Below are positions 1 through 9,819 of a DNA stretch of 64,000 nt, piece after piece (positions within the stretch are counted from its first letter, which is position 1; each line of letters starts with the position of its first letter). The stretch is from a virus: the IMG/VR virus record IMGVR_UViG_3300017917_004998, positions 59,064-123,063 of that record; one strand, 5' to 3'. The position numbers were made by a program, and so were the translations under genes. The notes beneath the pieces were generated by a model. It saw only the letters and a program-made list of their open reading frames with translations. It searched no databases and was not told the origin of the DNA.

Positions 1-2
1 TG

Positions 3-293
3 TTCTTTCAGCATCTAATGACAATTAAAGATGCAATCGACGATCTCCTTCAAATGGATAGAGAAAAAGTCGATATGATTTTATCAGATGGCCACGCATG
101 GGCTAACGACCACATTACAACATCAGCAGATGATATCGAAGAGGTATACCATTTCATGAAGAACACTATGGCTGAAATGGGTCACTCGTCGCATGGCGAA
201 GAAATGCAGGTTTCTCCAATGAACATCGAAATTCTAGGTAGCAACGATAAAGTTGAAATCGAGGATGAAGATGGAGAAGGCGAAGACGAATAA
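3..293 (+). CDS. Hypothetical phage protein, probably 5'-truncated by the window edge
   Basis: The frame is open from base 3 (FFQHL) into the ORF-track start at 18. It has a GHAWANDHITTSADDIEEVYHF motif and an acidic tail. Confidence 0.6.
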   Translation, partial: FFQHLMTIKDAIDDLLQMDREKVDMILSDGHAWANDHITTSADDIEEVYHFMKNTMAEMGHSSHGEEMQVSPMNIEILGSNDKVEIEDEDGEGEDE

Positions 294-297
294 AATT

Positions 298-1158
298 ATG
301 CAACCCTTAGATCCAAATATTCCAGGTTCGGCAGAGCCTCAGGTAGGATATGGACCTGAGGTCATCAACATATACCCATTTCTAAATTCACTTTCGAATC
401 TTAAAAAGGTTTTATTTGTTACGACTAGCAACAGAAGTCCGTATGTTGCTAAACAAGGAGAAAAGGCTAAATCTTCACAACTTGCGGATTATTTAGCATA
501 TCTACTAAAACAAAAAGGATGTGACGTTGAAGTAATCGATGCATCTTCACTTACAATCCACAATTGCTTAGGTTGCGTAAGCGAATTGCACGGAAATCAA
601 TGCGGTGTAAAAGCTTCTAAAGTAAAGGACGAAAAGAAAAACCCAACCGGACATTTAAGGTGTTGGGCTAGTCACGATTTTGAAGATGACGAGCTTTGGA
701 AAATAGTTAACCCGTTGTACGAAAGCGAAGCGGTTGTTTTCTTTGCTTCCCAAAGATGGGGAAATGCAAATGCAATTTACCAGAAACTGATCGAAAGATT
801 AGATTGGATCGAAAACATGCATTATTCTATGGGCGAGCCAAGTACAATCTCTGGAAAGAAAGCAGGATTTGTATTGATTGGTCAGAACTGGAGAGTTCAG
901 CAAACAGTTGAAACGCAGAGGGAAGTTCTTGCATTTTATGGTTTTGACGTACCAGAGGAACTTTACATGGGTTGGCAATTTACAAGAGACGTTGAAGACG
1001 AAAGTGAAGAATCTTACAAAGAGGCACCTTACACATTTGAGCAAAGCTGGAATATGCAATTATTCATTCCCACGTTAAAAGAGTCGGAATCACAAAGAGA
1101 ACAGTCTACCTTTAAGGTAAAAGATTTTAACAGCTTTATATCAAGGTTATCCTGGTAG
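298..1158 (+). CDS. Flavodoxin-like / iron-sulfur flavoprotein (NADPH-dependent FMN reductase family)
   Basis: Motifs TTSNR, CLGC..QC..C cysteine cluster and VVFFASQRWG, KKAGFVLIG. ATG 298 is preferred over 253, which overlaps the upstream gene. Confidence 0.7.
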   Translation: MQPLDPNIPGSAEPQVGYGPEVINIYPFLNSLSNLKKVLFVTTSNRSPYVAKQGEKAKSSQLADYLAYLLKQKGCDVEVIDASSLTIHNCLGCVSELHGNQCGVKASKVKDEKKNPTGHLRCWASHDFEDDELWKIVNPLYESEAVVFFASQRWGNANAIYQKLIERLDWIENMHYSMGEPSTISGKKAGFVLIGQNWRVQQTVETQREVLAFYGFDVPEELYMGWQFTRDVEDESEESYKEAPYTFEQSWNMQLFIPTLKESESQREQSTFKVKDFNSFISRLSW

Positions 1159-1160
1159 GA

Positions 1161-1370
1161 TTAACCCTTTTTAGCTTCTTCGAAATCTTCTTCTGATAAT
1201 TTCCAACCTTTAATTTCTCCGCCAATGTATTCCTTAGCTTCAGAAAAAGTTGCTTTTGGATTTTCCTTTATGTAGTTAACCAATTTTTCTCTAATCGCCG
1301 GGTGAATTCCTTCACCTTCAGATAAGTTTGATTCGTTTACGAAGGTTTCAAAATCTGTAAGGTTTCTCAT
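1161..1370 (-). CDS. Small putative head-internal protein
   Basis: N-terminus MRNLTDFETFVNE resembles the T4 capsid-targeting sequence. GATATATA lies upstream at 1392-1399 on the minus strand. Confidence 0.55.
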   Translation of the reverse strand: MRNLTDFETFVNESNLSEGEGIHPAIREKLVNYIKENPKATFSEAKEYIGGEIKGWKLSEEDFEEAKKG

Positions 1371-1443
1371 ATCTGTTATTAATTTTCAATCTATATATCT
1401 AGATTATTTTTTTTGATCGTCTAGAGTAATTACATTTGGACAG

Positions 1444-1980
1444 ATGTTAAAATATTTTATCAACTATTCAAAGGAAAGCTTTCTAAAAACCTTAGCTATT
1501 TCTGCGGTCTGTTTGTTTTCTTATTTTGTAGCATGGCTTGTAGTCATATTTACCGGGGATGCAGATTTTGCTTTAAGGCTTCCGTTTATTTCGCCGTGGA
1601 TACATTCAGATCTTTCTCACTTTTTGATAAACATAATTCCTCTATTCGTTTTAATGCTCAGTGAAAAAAACAGATTTAAGATTTCGTGTCTGTTAATTAT
1701 ACCAATCTTAATCGAAGTGGCTTTTCTGCCATTAATTTTTTTTGGCACAGCCACAGTTATTGGGCTTTCTAAATTCATTTTCTTCTTGTTTGCGAGATTT
1801 ATGCTAACGAGAGAAAACAATAAAGTAATTCATCAATCCGTATTTGTGTTCATATTTACTTTGGAACTGTTACAAATCGGATCGGGTGACCTTATAAGTC
1901 ACGAAGGACACATTTTCGGTAGCATCCTTGGAATCATTTCAATTTATGCGGAGAAAAAAGGTCTCTTAAAGAGATGCTAA
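1444..1980 (+). CDS. Rhomboid-family intramembrane protease
   Basis: Multiple hydrophobic segments with HSDLSHFLIN, GLS and SHEGHIFG motifs. Confidence 0.65.
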   Translation: MLKYFINYSKESFLKTLAISAVCLFSYFVAWLVVIFTGDADFALRLPFISPWIHSDLSHFLINIIPLFVLMLSEKNRFKISCLLIIPILIEVAFLPLIFFGTATVIGLSKFIFFLFARFMLTRENNKVIHQSVFVFIFTLELLQIGSGDLISHEGHIFGSILGIISIYAEKKGLLKRC

Positions 1981-2544
1981 AAATTCTTTAAGAACCGACA
2001 TAATATCCTCGACGTTCCCAATCTCTTCTTTTCTATATCCAACGTTTCTATATTTGTCAACAAACTCTTCAAAACTTTTATAAAGGTCTTCGGCTAATTC
2101 TTTGTCTAATTCAGTAACCATAGAATTTTTAAAGCCCTCCATTCCCTTTCCAGTTCCAGATTCTCTAGCTTTATCTGTCGTAAAAGCTTCAATTGCATAT
2201 TTGTCTGGAGACTTGTATTCATACTCATATTCTTCCATTCCCTCTTCATCCTTACCAGCTGGAATCTTTTCGAATTCAACGTAGTCTTCCATTTCATTGG
2301 GTTCGAATGCAACAACGAACATTTTGCCAGTTGCTTTTTCTTTTAGTATAGCATATTCTGAGTAATCTGAAGCAACCAAATCAAATTTGATGTCAGACTG
2401 ATTCATAGAGATGTTTCTATCTGTTTCCGAATCCTCTTTATTCCAAGGAGACATCGGATCACTTGCTGTACCCGCTGGGTAGTTCTCTTCGCTTTCTGAA
2501 GTATTCCCGTTGAAATAATCTTCAAATGTTTTTATTACTCTCAT
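1966..2544 (-). CDS. Acidic hypothetical protein, putative head-internal
   Basis: Long ORF with N-terminus MRVIKTFEDYF. Confidence 0.6.
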   Translation of the reverse strand: MRVIKTFEDYFNGNTSESEENYPAGTASDPMSPWNKEDSETDRNISMNQSDIKFDLVASDYSEYAILKEKATGKMFVVAFEPNEMEDYVEFEKIPAGKDEEGMEEYEYEYKSPDKYAIEAFTTDKARESGTGKGMEGFKNSMVTELDKELAEDLYKSFEEFVDKYRNVGYRKEEIGNVEDIMSVLKEFLASL

Positions 2545-2561
2545 ATGATTTTTCTTTGTTT

Positions 2562-3074
2562 TTAACGCTTAAGTGTAAGTAAATAATTGATCTTATCCAA
2601 TAAAGATAAAATTTCGTCTAACTGGTTTAAAATCTCAGGATCTTTGTCAAATAAAGCTTTACAATCAACTGCATAGCATTTATAAACAGCTTTCATATAT
2701 GAATTAAGCCCATCCGGAGAATCCGGGTTCATATAATTCATAACGCTCATGGTGCATTCTTTGTCAGATAATTCAGGCCTGCAATATTTTCCCATTGCAG
2801 ATTCAACCAAATCGTCAGTCAAAGAAATAAAAGTATTAAAAAGCTCATCCAAAGCCTTGTGCTCTGAGAAGGATCTTGTCTGCCAATGTAATAACTTAAT
2901 TTGTGCAGTGTTTTTTAACACGCTGTGTGTTAAAAAATTCACTTTGTCCATATTGCCGTTTTCTGGCATATCGCTCATAGTTTTTCTGAATGAATTGAAT
3001 GTATAATCACCTCCAGCTGTTCCTGGTTTTTCGATTACGTCTCCGAAAGCACTCAAATTTAAAACTTTATCCAC
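2562..3074 (-). CDS. Ferritin/Dps-like four-helix protein (DUF5856-like)
   Basis: AQIKLLHWQT..SEHKALDELF...DDLVE motif. GATATATA lies upstream at 3092-3099 on the minus strand. Confidence 0.65.
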   Translation of the reverse strand: MDKVLNLSAFGDVIEKPGTAGGDYTFNSFRKTMSDMPENGNMDKVNFLTHSVLKNTAQIKLLHWQTRSFSEHKALDELFNTFISLTDDLVESAMGKYCRPELSDKECTMSVMNYMNPDSPDGLNSYMKAVYKCYAVDCKALFDKDPEILNQLDEILSLLDKINYLLTLKR

Positions 3075-3202
3075 TTTAATTTTTTTTCTTCTATATATCT
3101 AAAGTATAAAATTTTTGTGCTTCAGGATTTAGATAAAACAAGGTCTCTATAAAAGATTTGGTGAAAAACTTATTTACATATATAAGGGATCAGAGTAAAA
3201 TC

Positions 3203-3670
3203 ATGGAAGCACTTAAAAACTGGAAAAGTCTTTCCGATAGACAGCCCATCGATCTGGAGACTTATTTAAAAGATTGGATAAAAAAGAACCCAATACATAA
3301 ATTGTACATCGGTTGCGACTCGCACAACGAGTTAAAAAACACAACATTTGCGACTGTGATAGTTCTGCATTATGGGATCGGTGGTGGAGGTCACGTTCTA
3401 TATTCCAGAGACACATATCCTTTAGTTAAGGATCGTTACGAAAGATTGTGGAAGGAAGTTGAGTTGAGTGTTACTGTTGCTCAGAACCTAATTGACTTCG
3501 GATTGGGAAAACCTGACTACATTGACATAGATCTTAATCCAGATCCTAGGTTTAAGTCAAATTCTGTTTTAAGATCTGCTGTTGGGATGATAGAGTCTCT
3601 GGGAATAACACCAAGATACAAAACGAAATCACCATGGGCTATTTCAATTGCTGATTGCATTTGTAAATAA
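3203..3670 (+). CDS. RNase H-like YkuK/DUF458 family protein
   Basis: LYIGCDSH, FATVIVLH, RLWKEVELS, IDIDLN and IADCICK motifs. ATG 3203 is in frame with the ORF-track start at 3158. Confidence 0.75.
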   Translation: MEALKNWKSLSDRQPIDLETYLKDWIKKNPIHKLYIGCDSHNELKNTTFATVIVLHYGIGGGGHVLYSRDTYPLVKDRYERLWKEVELSVTVAQNLIDFGLGKPDYIDIDLNPDPRFKSNSVLRSAVGMIESLGITPRYKTKSPWAISIADCICK

Positions 3671-3700
3671 AGACTTGCGTGGAAATTAAAAATGTAATTT

Positions 3701-3955
3701 ATGGAAGAACAGGTCGAAGTAATAAATCCTGGCTTGGAAGACATTTCCAAACAGGCAAACCAAATAAAGGATTCAATCAGGAACCTAGAAAGGGAACTTG
3801 ACGCATTGCAAAATAATTGCAATCACCCGGAATATGACATAAAAAACTGTCCTACACAATCGTGCTGTTTCCAATTGAAAAGGGTCTGCAAAAAATGCTT
3901 AAGTGAAATAGGATATCCAACATCGGAGGAGACTGAAGCCTGGGTTTCTTCGTAA
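3701..3955 (+). CDS. Small coiled-coil/zinc-binding hypothetical protein
   Basis: Coiled-coil N-terminal half followed by CNH...CxxC. Confidence 0.55.
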   Translation: MEEQVEVINPGLEDISKQANQIKDSIRNLERELDALQNNCNHPEYDIKNCPTQSCCFQLKRVCKKCLSEIGYPTSEETEAWVSS

Positions 3956-4028
3956 TTTTTTTTATTGTTCAAATTGCGAAAACTTAAAGTTTTGACTTCA
4001 TATAAGATCTGTGTTAAATCCTAATGAT

Positions 4029-6146
4029 ATGGAAGAAAATTTGAAAAAATCGCTAGACAATCTATCTGGTGAGATGGGACCTAGTAAGATATCAGCAAGC
4101 AGAAGAAGTATGCCAGAAGACGATGACGATGATCTTGGCGGTGAATTTAAAAATTCTTCATCGAACTCAAAAACACCTGCTCTCGATAACTTTACTCGAG
4201 ATCTAACCGAGATGGCGATAAAGGGCGAGCTTGATCCAATCGTTGGCAGAGACGAAGAGATTGAAAGGGTATCACAGATTTTGGCAAGAAGGAAGAAAAA
4301 CAACCCAGTTCTAATTGGTGAACCTGGTGTTGGTAAATCTGCAATTGCTGAAGGACTTGCACTTAGAATTATTCAAAGGAAGGTTTCAAAGAATCTTTTA
4401 AACAAGAAAATCCTTACCCTGGATATGGGATCTGTTGTAGCAGGTACAAAATACAGAGGTCAATTTGAGGAGAGGATCAAGACGATTCTCGACGAACTAA
4501 AGAAGAATAAAGATATCATTATCTTCATAGACGAATTACATACCATAGTCGGTGCAGGCGGATCATCTGGATCATTGGATGCATCTAATATGTTTAAGCC
4601 AGCCTTGGCCAGAGGAGAGATCCAGTGTGTAGGTGCAACTACTTTAAACGAATATAGAACAAACATTGAGAAAGACGGTGCACTGGAGCGTAGATTCCAA
4701 AAGATCATAGTTGACCCGCCAACACCAGCAGAGACTCTCACGATCCTCAGAAACATTAAATCAAAATATGAGGATCACCACAATGTTGAATATACAGACG
4801 AAGCAATTGAGGTATGCGTCAAGCTCACAGAAAGGTTTATAACAGATCGCAATTTTCCTGATAAGGCCCTGGATGCTTTGGATGAAGCGGGCAGTAGAGC
4901 ACAGCTTACTCAGGTTAAAGTTCCAGATAGCCTAATCAAGCTGGAGCAGAACCTGGAAAAGATCAAAGCAGACAAGAAGGAATCTGTAACAAAACAGGAT
5001 TATGAAGCTGCAGCTAAATTCAGGGATCTCGAGAGGAAAGTTAATCTTAGCATTGAGATTGAAACTAAATCATGGGAGCAAAAATTAAAGGAGAAAAGAA
5101 AGATTGTTGATGCTGAAAGAGTTGCTGAAGTAGTTTCAATGATGACCGGGGTTCCTCTAAATAAAGTCACACAGTCAGAAAACCAAAAACTTGCACAGCT
5201 TGAAGAAACCCTGAAAGCAGAAGTAATAGGTCAATCTGTTGCAGTCACCAAAATCTCCAAAGCTATCCTCAGAAATAGACTTGGGTTAAAAGATCCAAAC
5301 AGACCAATAGGATCGTTTATTTTTATGGGTCCAACTGGGGTTGGAAAAACAGAGCTTGCGAAGAAACTGGCAGAAAACATATTTGGAGATAGAGATGCTT
5401 TAATCCGAATTGATATGTCGGAATACATGGAGAAATTCAATTCAACCAAATTAATCGGAGCTCCTCCGGGATACGTAGGACACGAAGATGGAGGTCAGTT
5501 AACAGAAAAGGTTCGCAGAAAACCATATTCTGTTGTTCTGTTTGATGAAATTGAAAAAGCACACCCCGACATTTTCAATTCTTTGCTTCAAATATTGGAT
5601 GAAGGATTTATTACAGATAGCTTAGGTAGAAAGATCAACTTTAAGAACTGTTTGATTATTCTAACATCTAATGTTGGACAAAGGAAAGCTTCTGAATTTG
5701 GTACAGGCGTTGGTTTTAACTCAGCAGATTCACAACAAAAAAAGAACGAGGAATCTTCTTCAATTATCAGAAAGGAATTAGCTAAAACATTCTCACCTGA
5801 GTTTTTGAATCGTGTTGACGAAGTAATCTATTTCAATTCATTAACTAAAGACGATCTGCTTAAAATTATCGAGGTTGAACTTAAAAAGATGTACCCGAGG
5901 TTTGAAGAAATAGGATATAAGATTTCCATATCGAAAGATCTTAAGGAGAAAATAGCAGAGATTGGGTATGATCCTAAATATGGTGCTAGACCGCTCAAAA
6001 GACTTTTGCAGAAATATGTAGAAGATACTATAGCTGAATTGGCAATCCAGCAAAAAATTCAGATTGGATCTAAGATTACATTATCACTAGATCCAAAAAA
6101 GAATCCAGATGAAGAAAATCCGGTTAAGGTAAAAATAGTCTTTTAA
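4029..6146 (+). CDS. clpC: ClpC-like AAA+ chaperone ATPase lacking the Clp-N domain
   Basis: Two Walker A motifs (GEPGVGKS, GPTGVGKT), Walker B motifs FIDELH and LFDEIEK, a UVR-like QDYEAAAKFRD segment, a GVGF ClpP-docking loop and GARPL. Confidence 0.9.
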   Translation: MEENLKKSLDNLSGEMGPSKISASRRSMPEDDDDDLGGEFKNSSSNSKTPALDNFTRDLTEMAIKGELDPIVGRDEEIERVSQILARRKKNNPVLIGEPGVGKSAIAEGLALRIIQRKVSKNLLNKKILTLDMGSVVAGTKYRGQFEERIKTILDELKKNKDIIIFIDELHTIVGAGGSSGSLDASNMFKPALARGEIQCVGATTLNEYRTNIEKDGALERRFQKIIVDPPTPAETLTILRNIKSKYEDHHNVEYTDEAIEVCVKLTERFITDRNFPDKALDALDEAGSRAQLTQVKVPDSLIKLEQNLEKIKADKKESVTKQDYEAAAKFRDLERKVNLSIEIETKSWEQKLKEKRKIVDAERVAEVVSMMTGVPLNKVTQSENQKLAQLEETLKAEVIGQSVAVTKISKAILRNRLGLKDPNRPIGSFIFMGPTGVGKTELAKKLAENIFGDRDALIRIDMSEYMEKFNSTKLIGAPPGYVGHEDGGQLTEKVRRKPYSVVLFDEIEKAHPDIFNSLLQILDEGFITDSLGRKINFKNCLIILTSNVGQRKASEFGTGVGFNSADSQQKKNEESSSIIRKELAKTFSPEFLNRVDEVIYFNSLTKDDLLKIIEVELKKMYPRFEEIGYKISISKDLKEKIAEIGYDPKYGARPLKRLLQKYVEDTIAELAIQQKIQIGSKITLSLDPKKNPDEENPVKVKIVF

Positions 6147-6185
6147 AGCTCTTTTTTCTTTGTCAATCTAGTAAATATATAAAAG

Positions 6186-6383
6186 ATGCTTCATATAGAT
6201 TTGTCAAAAGAAAAAAACCTAGACTCTGCTTTAAAAAAGCTAAAGACTAAATTTGATAAGGTTGGGACAAAAAAAGAACTCCTTGCTAGGAAGGAGTTCG
6301 TTAAACCGTCGGTTTTAAAAAGAGAGCTTAGACTTAAAGCATCGTATATCCAACAATTAAGATCTGAAGAGGAAAGAGATTAA
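6186..6383 (+). CDS. rpsU: Ribosomal protein bS21
   Basis: LDSALKKLKTKF...ELLARKEFVKPSVLKR...KASYIQQL matches the bS21 pattern (Bacteroidota-like). Confidence 0.85.
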   Translation: MLHIDLSKEKNLDSALKKLKTKFDKVGTKKELLARKEFVKPSVLKRELRLKASYIQQLRSEEERD

Positions 6384-6700
6384 CTCAAAGGAACCCCCGG
6401 GATCTCAATCTTTTTAATCGCACCTAAAGCTTTATCAATTACCGTTCCCTTACCTTCGCTGGGCCAATTTCCTGCGAATGCTAACATTGAAGTAGCCTTT
6501 TTCCTTACATCTTTTTCAGGAACTATCTTTGCTTTTTTAACGGCAACTAAAAGATCGTGTGCTAGTTCTTCGCCACTTTTATAAACACTTTCGATCTTCT
6601 CTTCTGGTTTGACCCCAAGTAATTTGTGCATCAAACCTTTGGAAGCCTTAGCTTCGTTGATCTCATCTACAAAGCTTTCGTAAATTTTAATATTTTCCAT
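6380..6700 (-). CDS. Small putative head-internal protein
   Basis: N-terminus MENIKIYESFVDEINE. GATATATA lies upstream at 6725-6732 on the minus strand. Confidence 0.6.
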   Translation of the reverse strand: MENIKIYESFVDEINEAKASKGLMHKLLGVKPEEKIESVYKSGEELAHDLLVAVKKAKIVPEKDVRKKATSMLAFAGNWPSEGKGTVIDKALGAIKKIEIPGVPLS

Positions 6701-6748
6701 TTTTTGGTTTTTATTTCTTTTGATTATATATCTAAAGTGAATCCTTGT

Positions 6749-6931
6749 ATGGAAGATAAAGAAAATGTAGAATCGAAGAAAATTGAATATGCACTAGGTG
6801 TATTAGAAACTACTAATATCCTGCTAAATTCACAAAGCAAAGAAATACTTCTTTGCAACATAGAGCATCTAAAAAAGATTCTACCTATTGCAATCGACGA
6901 GATAAAGCCAGATTCTAATCTCCAACTTTAA
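6749..6931 (+). CDS. Small hypothetical protein
   Basis: 3' part of the ORF-track frame 6626-6931 from ATG 6749. It fills an otherwise empty gap. Confidence 0.4.
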   Translation: MEDKENVESKKIEYALGVLETTNILLNSQSKEILLCNIEHLKKILPIAIDEIKPDSNLQL

Positions 6932-7472
6932 TCGTTTTGACTACAGCATCCATGTAGCCTTCTGCTTCTTTTGCTAATTTAAGATTGTCGTCGTTGTCGT
7001 CAAAAAAGACAAGATTTTTAAACCCTAGATCTATCAGGTCTTTAATTGCTAGCTTCTTTCTTTCTGGTATCGTTCCCTTGTGTTTAAACTGCGGGTCATG
7101 AATTGCGATTACCAATTCTGGGTGTATGTCAATCCCATTTATCAGAAAAAATTCTCTGACTAGCTCGCTTGACGACCTTGCTGTTAAAATAGCAACCGGG
7201 ATTTTTTTGTGGTAAGCACCCTTAAGTATGTCGAATATTTCGTGGATTATCTCTCCTCTCCTTAGAACATCTGGGCTTTCGAAATCGTCAAAATTTAAAA
7301 GGTGATTTTTCTTTTTTGTAAAGTTGCTGAATTCATGTGGAGTTAACTCTTTTATAACCTCGTGAGTACCTTTGCTTAGAATCTTTATCTTAGCATCGGT
7401 CTTAACTAGTGTGTCGTCAAGGTCGAAAATTATCAATTTGTCCGGCTTTTCTATTCCTTTAATCTTAATCAC
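6915..7472 (-). CDS. HAD-superfamily phosphatase
   Basis: IFDLDDT motif I, ILTAR motif II and FFDDNDDN motif IV. Confidence 0.8.
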   Translation of the reverse strand: MIKIKGIEKPDKLIIFDLDDTLVKTDAKIKILSKGTHEVIKELTPHEFSNFTKKKNHLLNFDDFESPDVLRRGEIIHEIFDILKGAYHKKIPVAILTARSSSELVREFFLINGIDIHPELVIAIHDPQFKHKGTIPERKKLAIKDLIDLGFKNLVFFDDNDDNLKLAKEAEGYMDAVVKTIKVGD

Positions 7473-7487
7473 CTTTGAGTTTTCTTG

Positions 7488-8159
7488 TTAGATCCTAACC
7501 TTTATTAAAGTAGCTTTTTCACTAAATTTTTTAGTATCCAAGACTTCGTAAGTAAGATTTGTTATTCCATCAGAATCTATCTTCTTAATTATATCTTCTA
7601 GACTGGCACCATTTTTAAACTCAAAGAATTTTCTGAGGTTCTCGTTGTACAGATCTTGCGTAATAATTCTTTCGTGAGACAAAGAAGAGTATCTTCCAAT
7701 TTTTCTAAGTGGCTTTATTCCTTTTGCGATGCACCTAAACATAATGTCATCATCCTCCGCTCCCCATCCCCAGTAGTCATTCGAGTAACCGTTAACCTTA
7801 AAAATTGAATGCTTATCAAAAAGTGTAACACCACCAAAATATCCTGGATAAGGTAGCGTAAAATTGAATTGCTCAGCCTCTGATGCTAAATGTGTTGGCG
7901 TATTAACATAGGAATAGTCTGAAGATATCGGTAGCATATCTACATCATGGAAACAATAATATGTCGAATTCTCTGCGTGTACAGCACCTATATTCAATAT
8001 CTTACCACGATTAAAAGGTTTTCCTTCCTCCTGTTCAACAATCAATATCTCGTAATTTATACCTTCCAAAAAATTACCACTCTCCATAGCTGGCAGGAAT
8101 TTATCCAGGTGATCCTGTCTGTCACGATATGGAACAACGATAGTTAATTTTTCATCCAT
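7488..8159 (-). CDS. GT7 (beta-1,4-galactosyltransferase-like) glycosyltransferase
   Basis: IVVPYRDR, FNRGKILNIG, FHDVD, GGV and NGYSNDYWGWGAEDDD motifs. Confidence 0.85.
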   Translation of the reverse strand: MDEKLTIVVPYRDRQDHLDKFLPAMESGNFLEGINYEILIVEQEEGKPFNRGKILNIGAVHAENSTYYCFHDVDMLPISSDYSYVNTPTHLASEAEQFNFTLPYPGYFGGVTLFDKHSIFKVNGYSNDYWGWGAEDDDIMFRCIAKGIKPLRKIGRYSSLSHERIITQDLYNENLRKFFEFKNGASLEDIIKKIDSDGITNLTYEVLDTKKFSEKATLIKVRI

Positions 8160-8227
8160 TTCAATTTTACGGCACTTTTTTAGAAAGTTTCTGAAATTCC
8201 CGCCCTTTCATAAACTACAATTGATTA

Positions 8228-9073
8228 ATGATATCTTTTAGATCAATTGGTTATATGGGAAGACTTGGGAACCAGATGTTCCAGTTTGCATCTTCTGTTG
8301 CAATTGCAAAAAGACTTGGTTATGATGTATTTTTTCCTATTGAAAATTGTTTTTCCGTTTATCCAAATGGTCCAATTGATCCTAAGACAAATTTACACAT
8401 CCCGGTCAAATGTGACCTATTAGATTGCTTCGATATTCCGCTATCTTTTTTTAGAAAATCCGGCGAGATCTCAACACAATCAACTGTACAAGAGAGAACG
8501 TTTACTTTCGATCCAGATATGTTTAACATCAGCGATGGATCGGATCTATCAGGATATTTCCAGACTGAAAAATACTTCAAATCTATCAGGGAAGATATCT
8601 TAGAATATTTTTCATTCAAATCTGAAATTTCAGAGAGAGCTTCAGAATACTGGACAGAAAACATTGGAGTTTTTTTGGACAACTCTAAATCTGTTTCTGT
8701 ACACGTTAGAAGAGGTGATTATACTCTATATCCTGGACATCACCCAGTTTGTTCTGATGAATATTACACCGAGGCTATTTCCAGATTTGACACAGGTCAC
8801 AAGTTTATTGTTTTCTCTGATGACCTTGATTGGTGCAAAGAGAAATTTGGGTCAGATCAATTTTTTGTAGTTGATTCTGGTAGCCCCTTTGTCGATCTCA
8901 TGTTGATGTCGATGTGTGATCATCACATTAATGCTAATAGCTCTTTTAGTTGGTGGGGATCCTGGCTAAATCGGAATGAAGACAGGATAACTATTTGTCC
9001 TTCTAATTGGTTTGGTCCCATGATAGATAAAAATACTAAGGATGTATACTGCACAGGATGGGAGATAATTTAA
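8228..9073 (+). CDS. GT11 alpha-1,2-fucosyltransferase-like
   Basis: GRLGNQMFQ, GYFQTEKYF, SVHVRRGDY, FSDD and NSSFSWWG motifs. Confidence 0.85.
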   Translation: MISFRSIGYMGRLGNQMFQFASSVAIAKRLGYDVFFPIENCFSVYPNGPIDPKTNLHIPVKCDLLDCFDIPLSFFRKSGEISTQSTVQERTFTFDPDMFNISDGSDLSGYFQTEKYFKSIREDILEYFSFKSEISERASEYWTENIGVFLDNSKSVSVHVRRGDYTLYPGHHPVCSDEYYTEAISRFDTGHKFIVFSDDLDWCKEKFGSDQFFVVDSGSPFVDLMLMSMCDHHINANSSFSWWGSWLNRNEDRITICPSNWFGPMIDKNTKDVYCTGWEII

Positions 9074-9819
9074 AAAATAACTTTTTTAGCATTACGATCA
9101 ATACTTTCAACCACGAGGATTGGATTGAAAATTGTTTATTGAGTTGCTTAAATCAGGACTATGATAATTTTGAGGTAATTGTTATAGACGACATTTCAAA
9201 CGACAGTACTTTTGAGATATGCAAAAGTGTCCAGGAGAGATTTCCGGACAGACTGATTGCAATTCAAAACAAAGAAAAAATATACTCACAGGTTAGAAAC
9301 ATACTGGAACTTACCAGATTATCAAAGCCAGGCTCTATCGTTATCTCCGCTGATGGAGACGATTGTTTAAAAAACGATCAGGTTTTAAACAAGCTTAATT
9401 CTGTTTATAACAGTGGTGAAGTTTGGATGACGTACGGAAGATACGAAGAGTTTCCATATCGTGACGTCTCGTCTAGCTATTATGCTTATCCTGACATTGT
9501 TGTTGAAAAAAATCTTTTCAGAGAACATAGATGGATGGCTTCACATTTAAGATCTTATAAAAGGGAGCTTTTTTTAAAAATTGACGAGAATGATTTTAAA
9601 TTACCTGATGGTCAGTGGCTAGACGTTACTGGAGACCAGGCTTTTATGCTACCAATGTTGGAAATGTCATCTGAAAGAAGCCGGTTTATTGCTGACATTC
9701 TTTACGTTTATAATGTTGCAAACCCAACTAGAGACGGAGCAACAAAGGTAGCTAGGCAAGAAGAGGTTGCAAGGTACATCAGATCTAAACAAAAATACTC
9801 AAGATTACAATCACTTTAA
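9058..9819 (+). CDS. GT2 glycosyltransferase
   Basis: ITINTFN..NQDYDNFEVIVIDD and DGDD motifs. Confidence 0.8.
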   Translation: MGDNLKNNFFSITINTFNHEDWIENCLLSCLNQDYDNFEVIVIDDISNDSTFEICKSVQERFPDRLIAIQNKEKIYSQVRNILELTRLSKPGSIVISADGDDCLKNDQVLNKLNSVYNSGEVWMTYGRYEEFPYRDVSSSYYAYPDIVVEKNLFREHRWMASHLRSYKRELFLKIDENDFKLPDGQWLDVTGDQAFMLPMLEMSSERSRFIADILYVYNVANPTRDGATKVARQEEVARYIRSKQKYSRLQSL

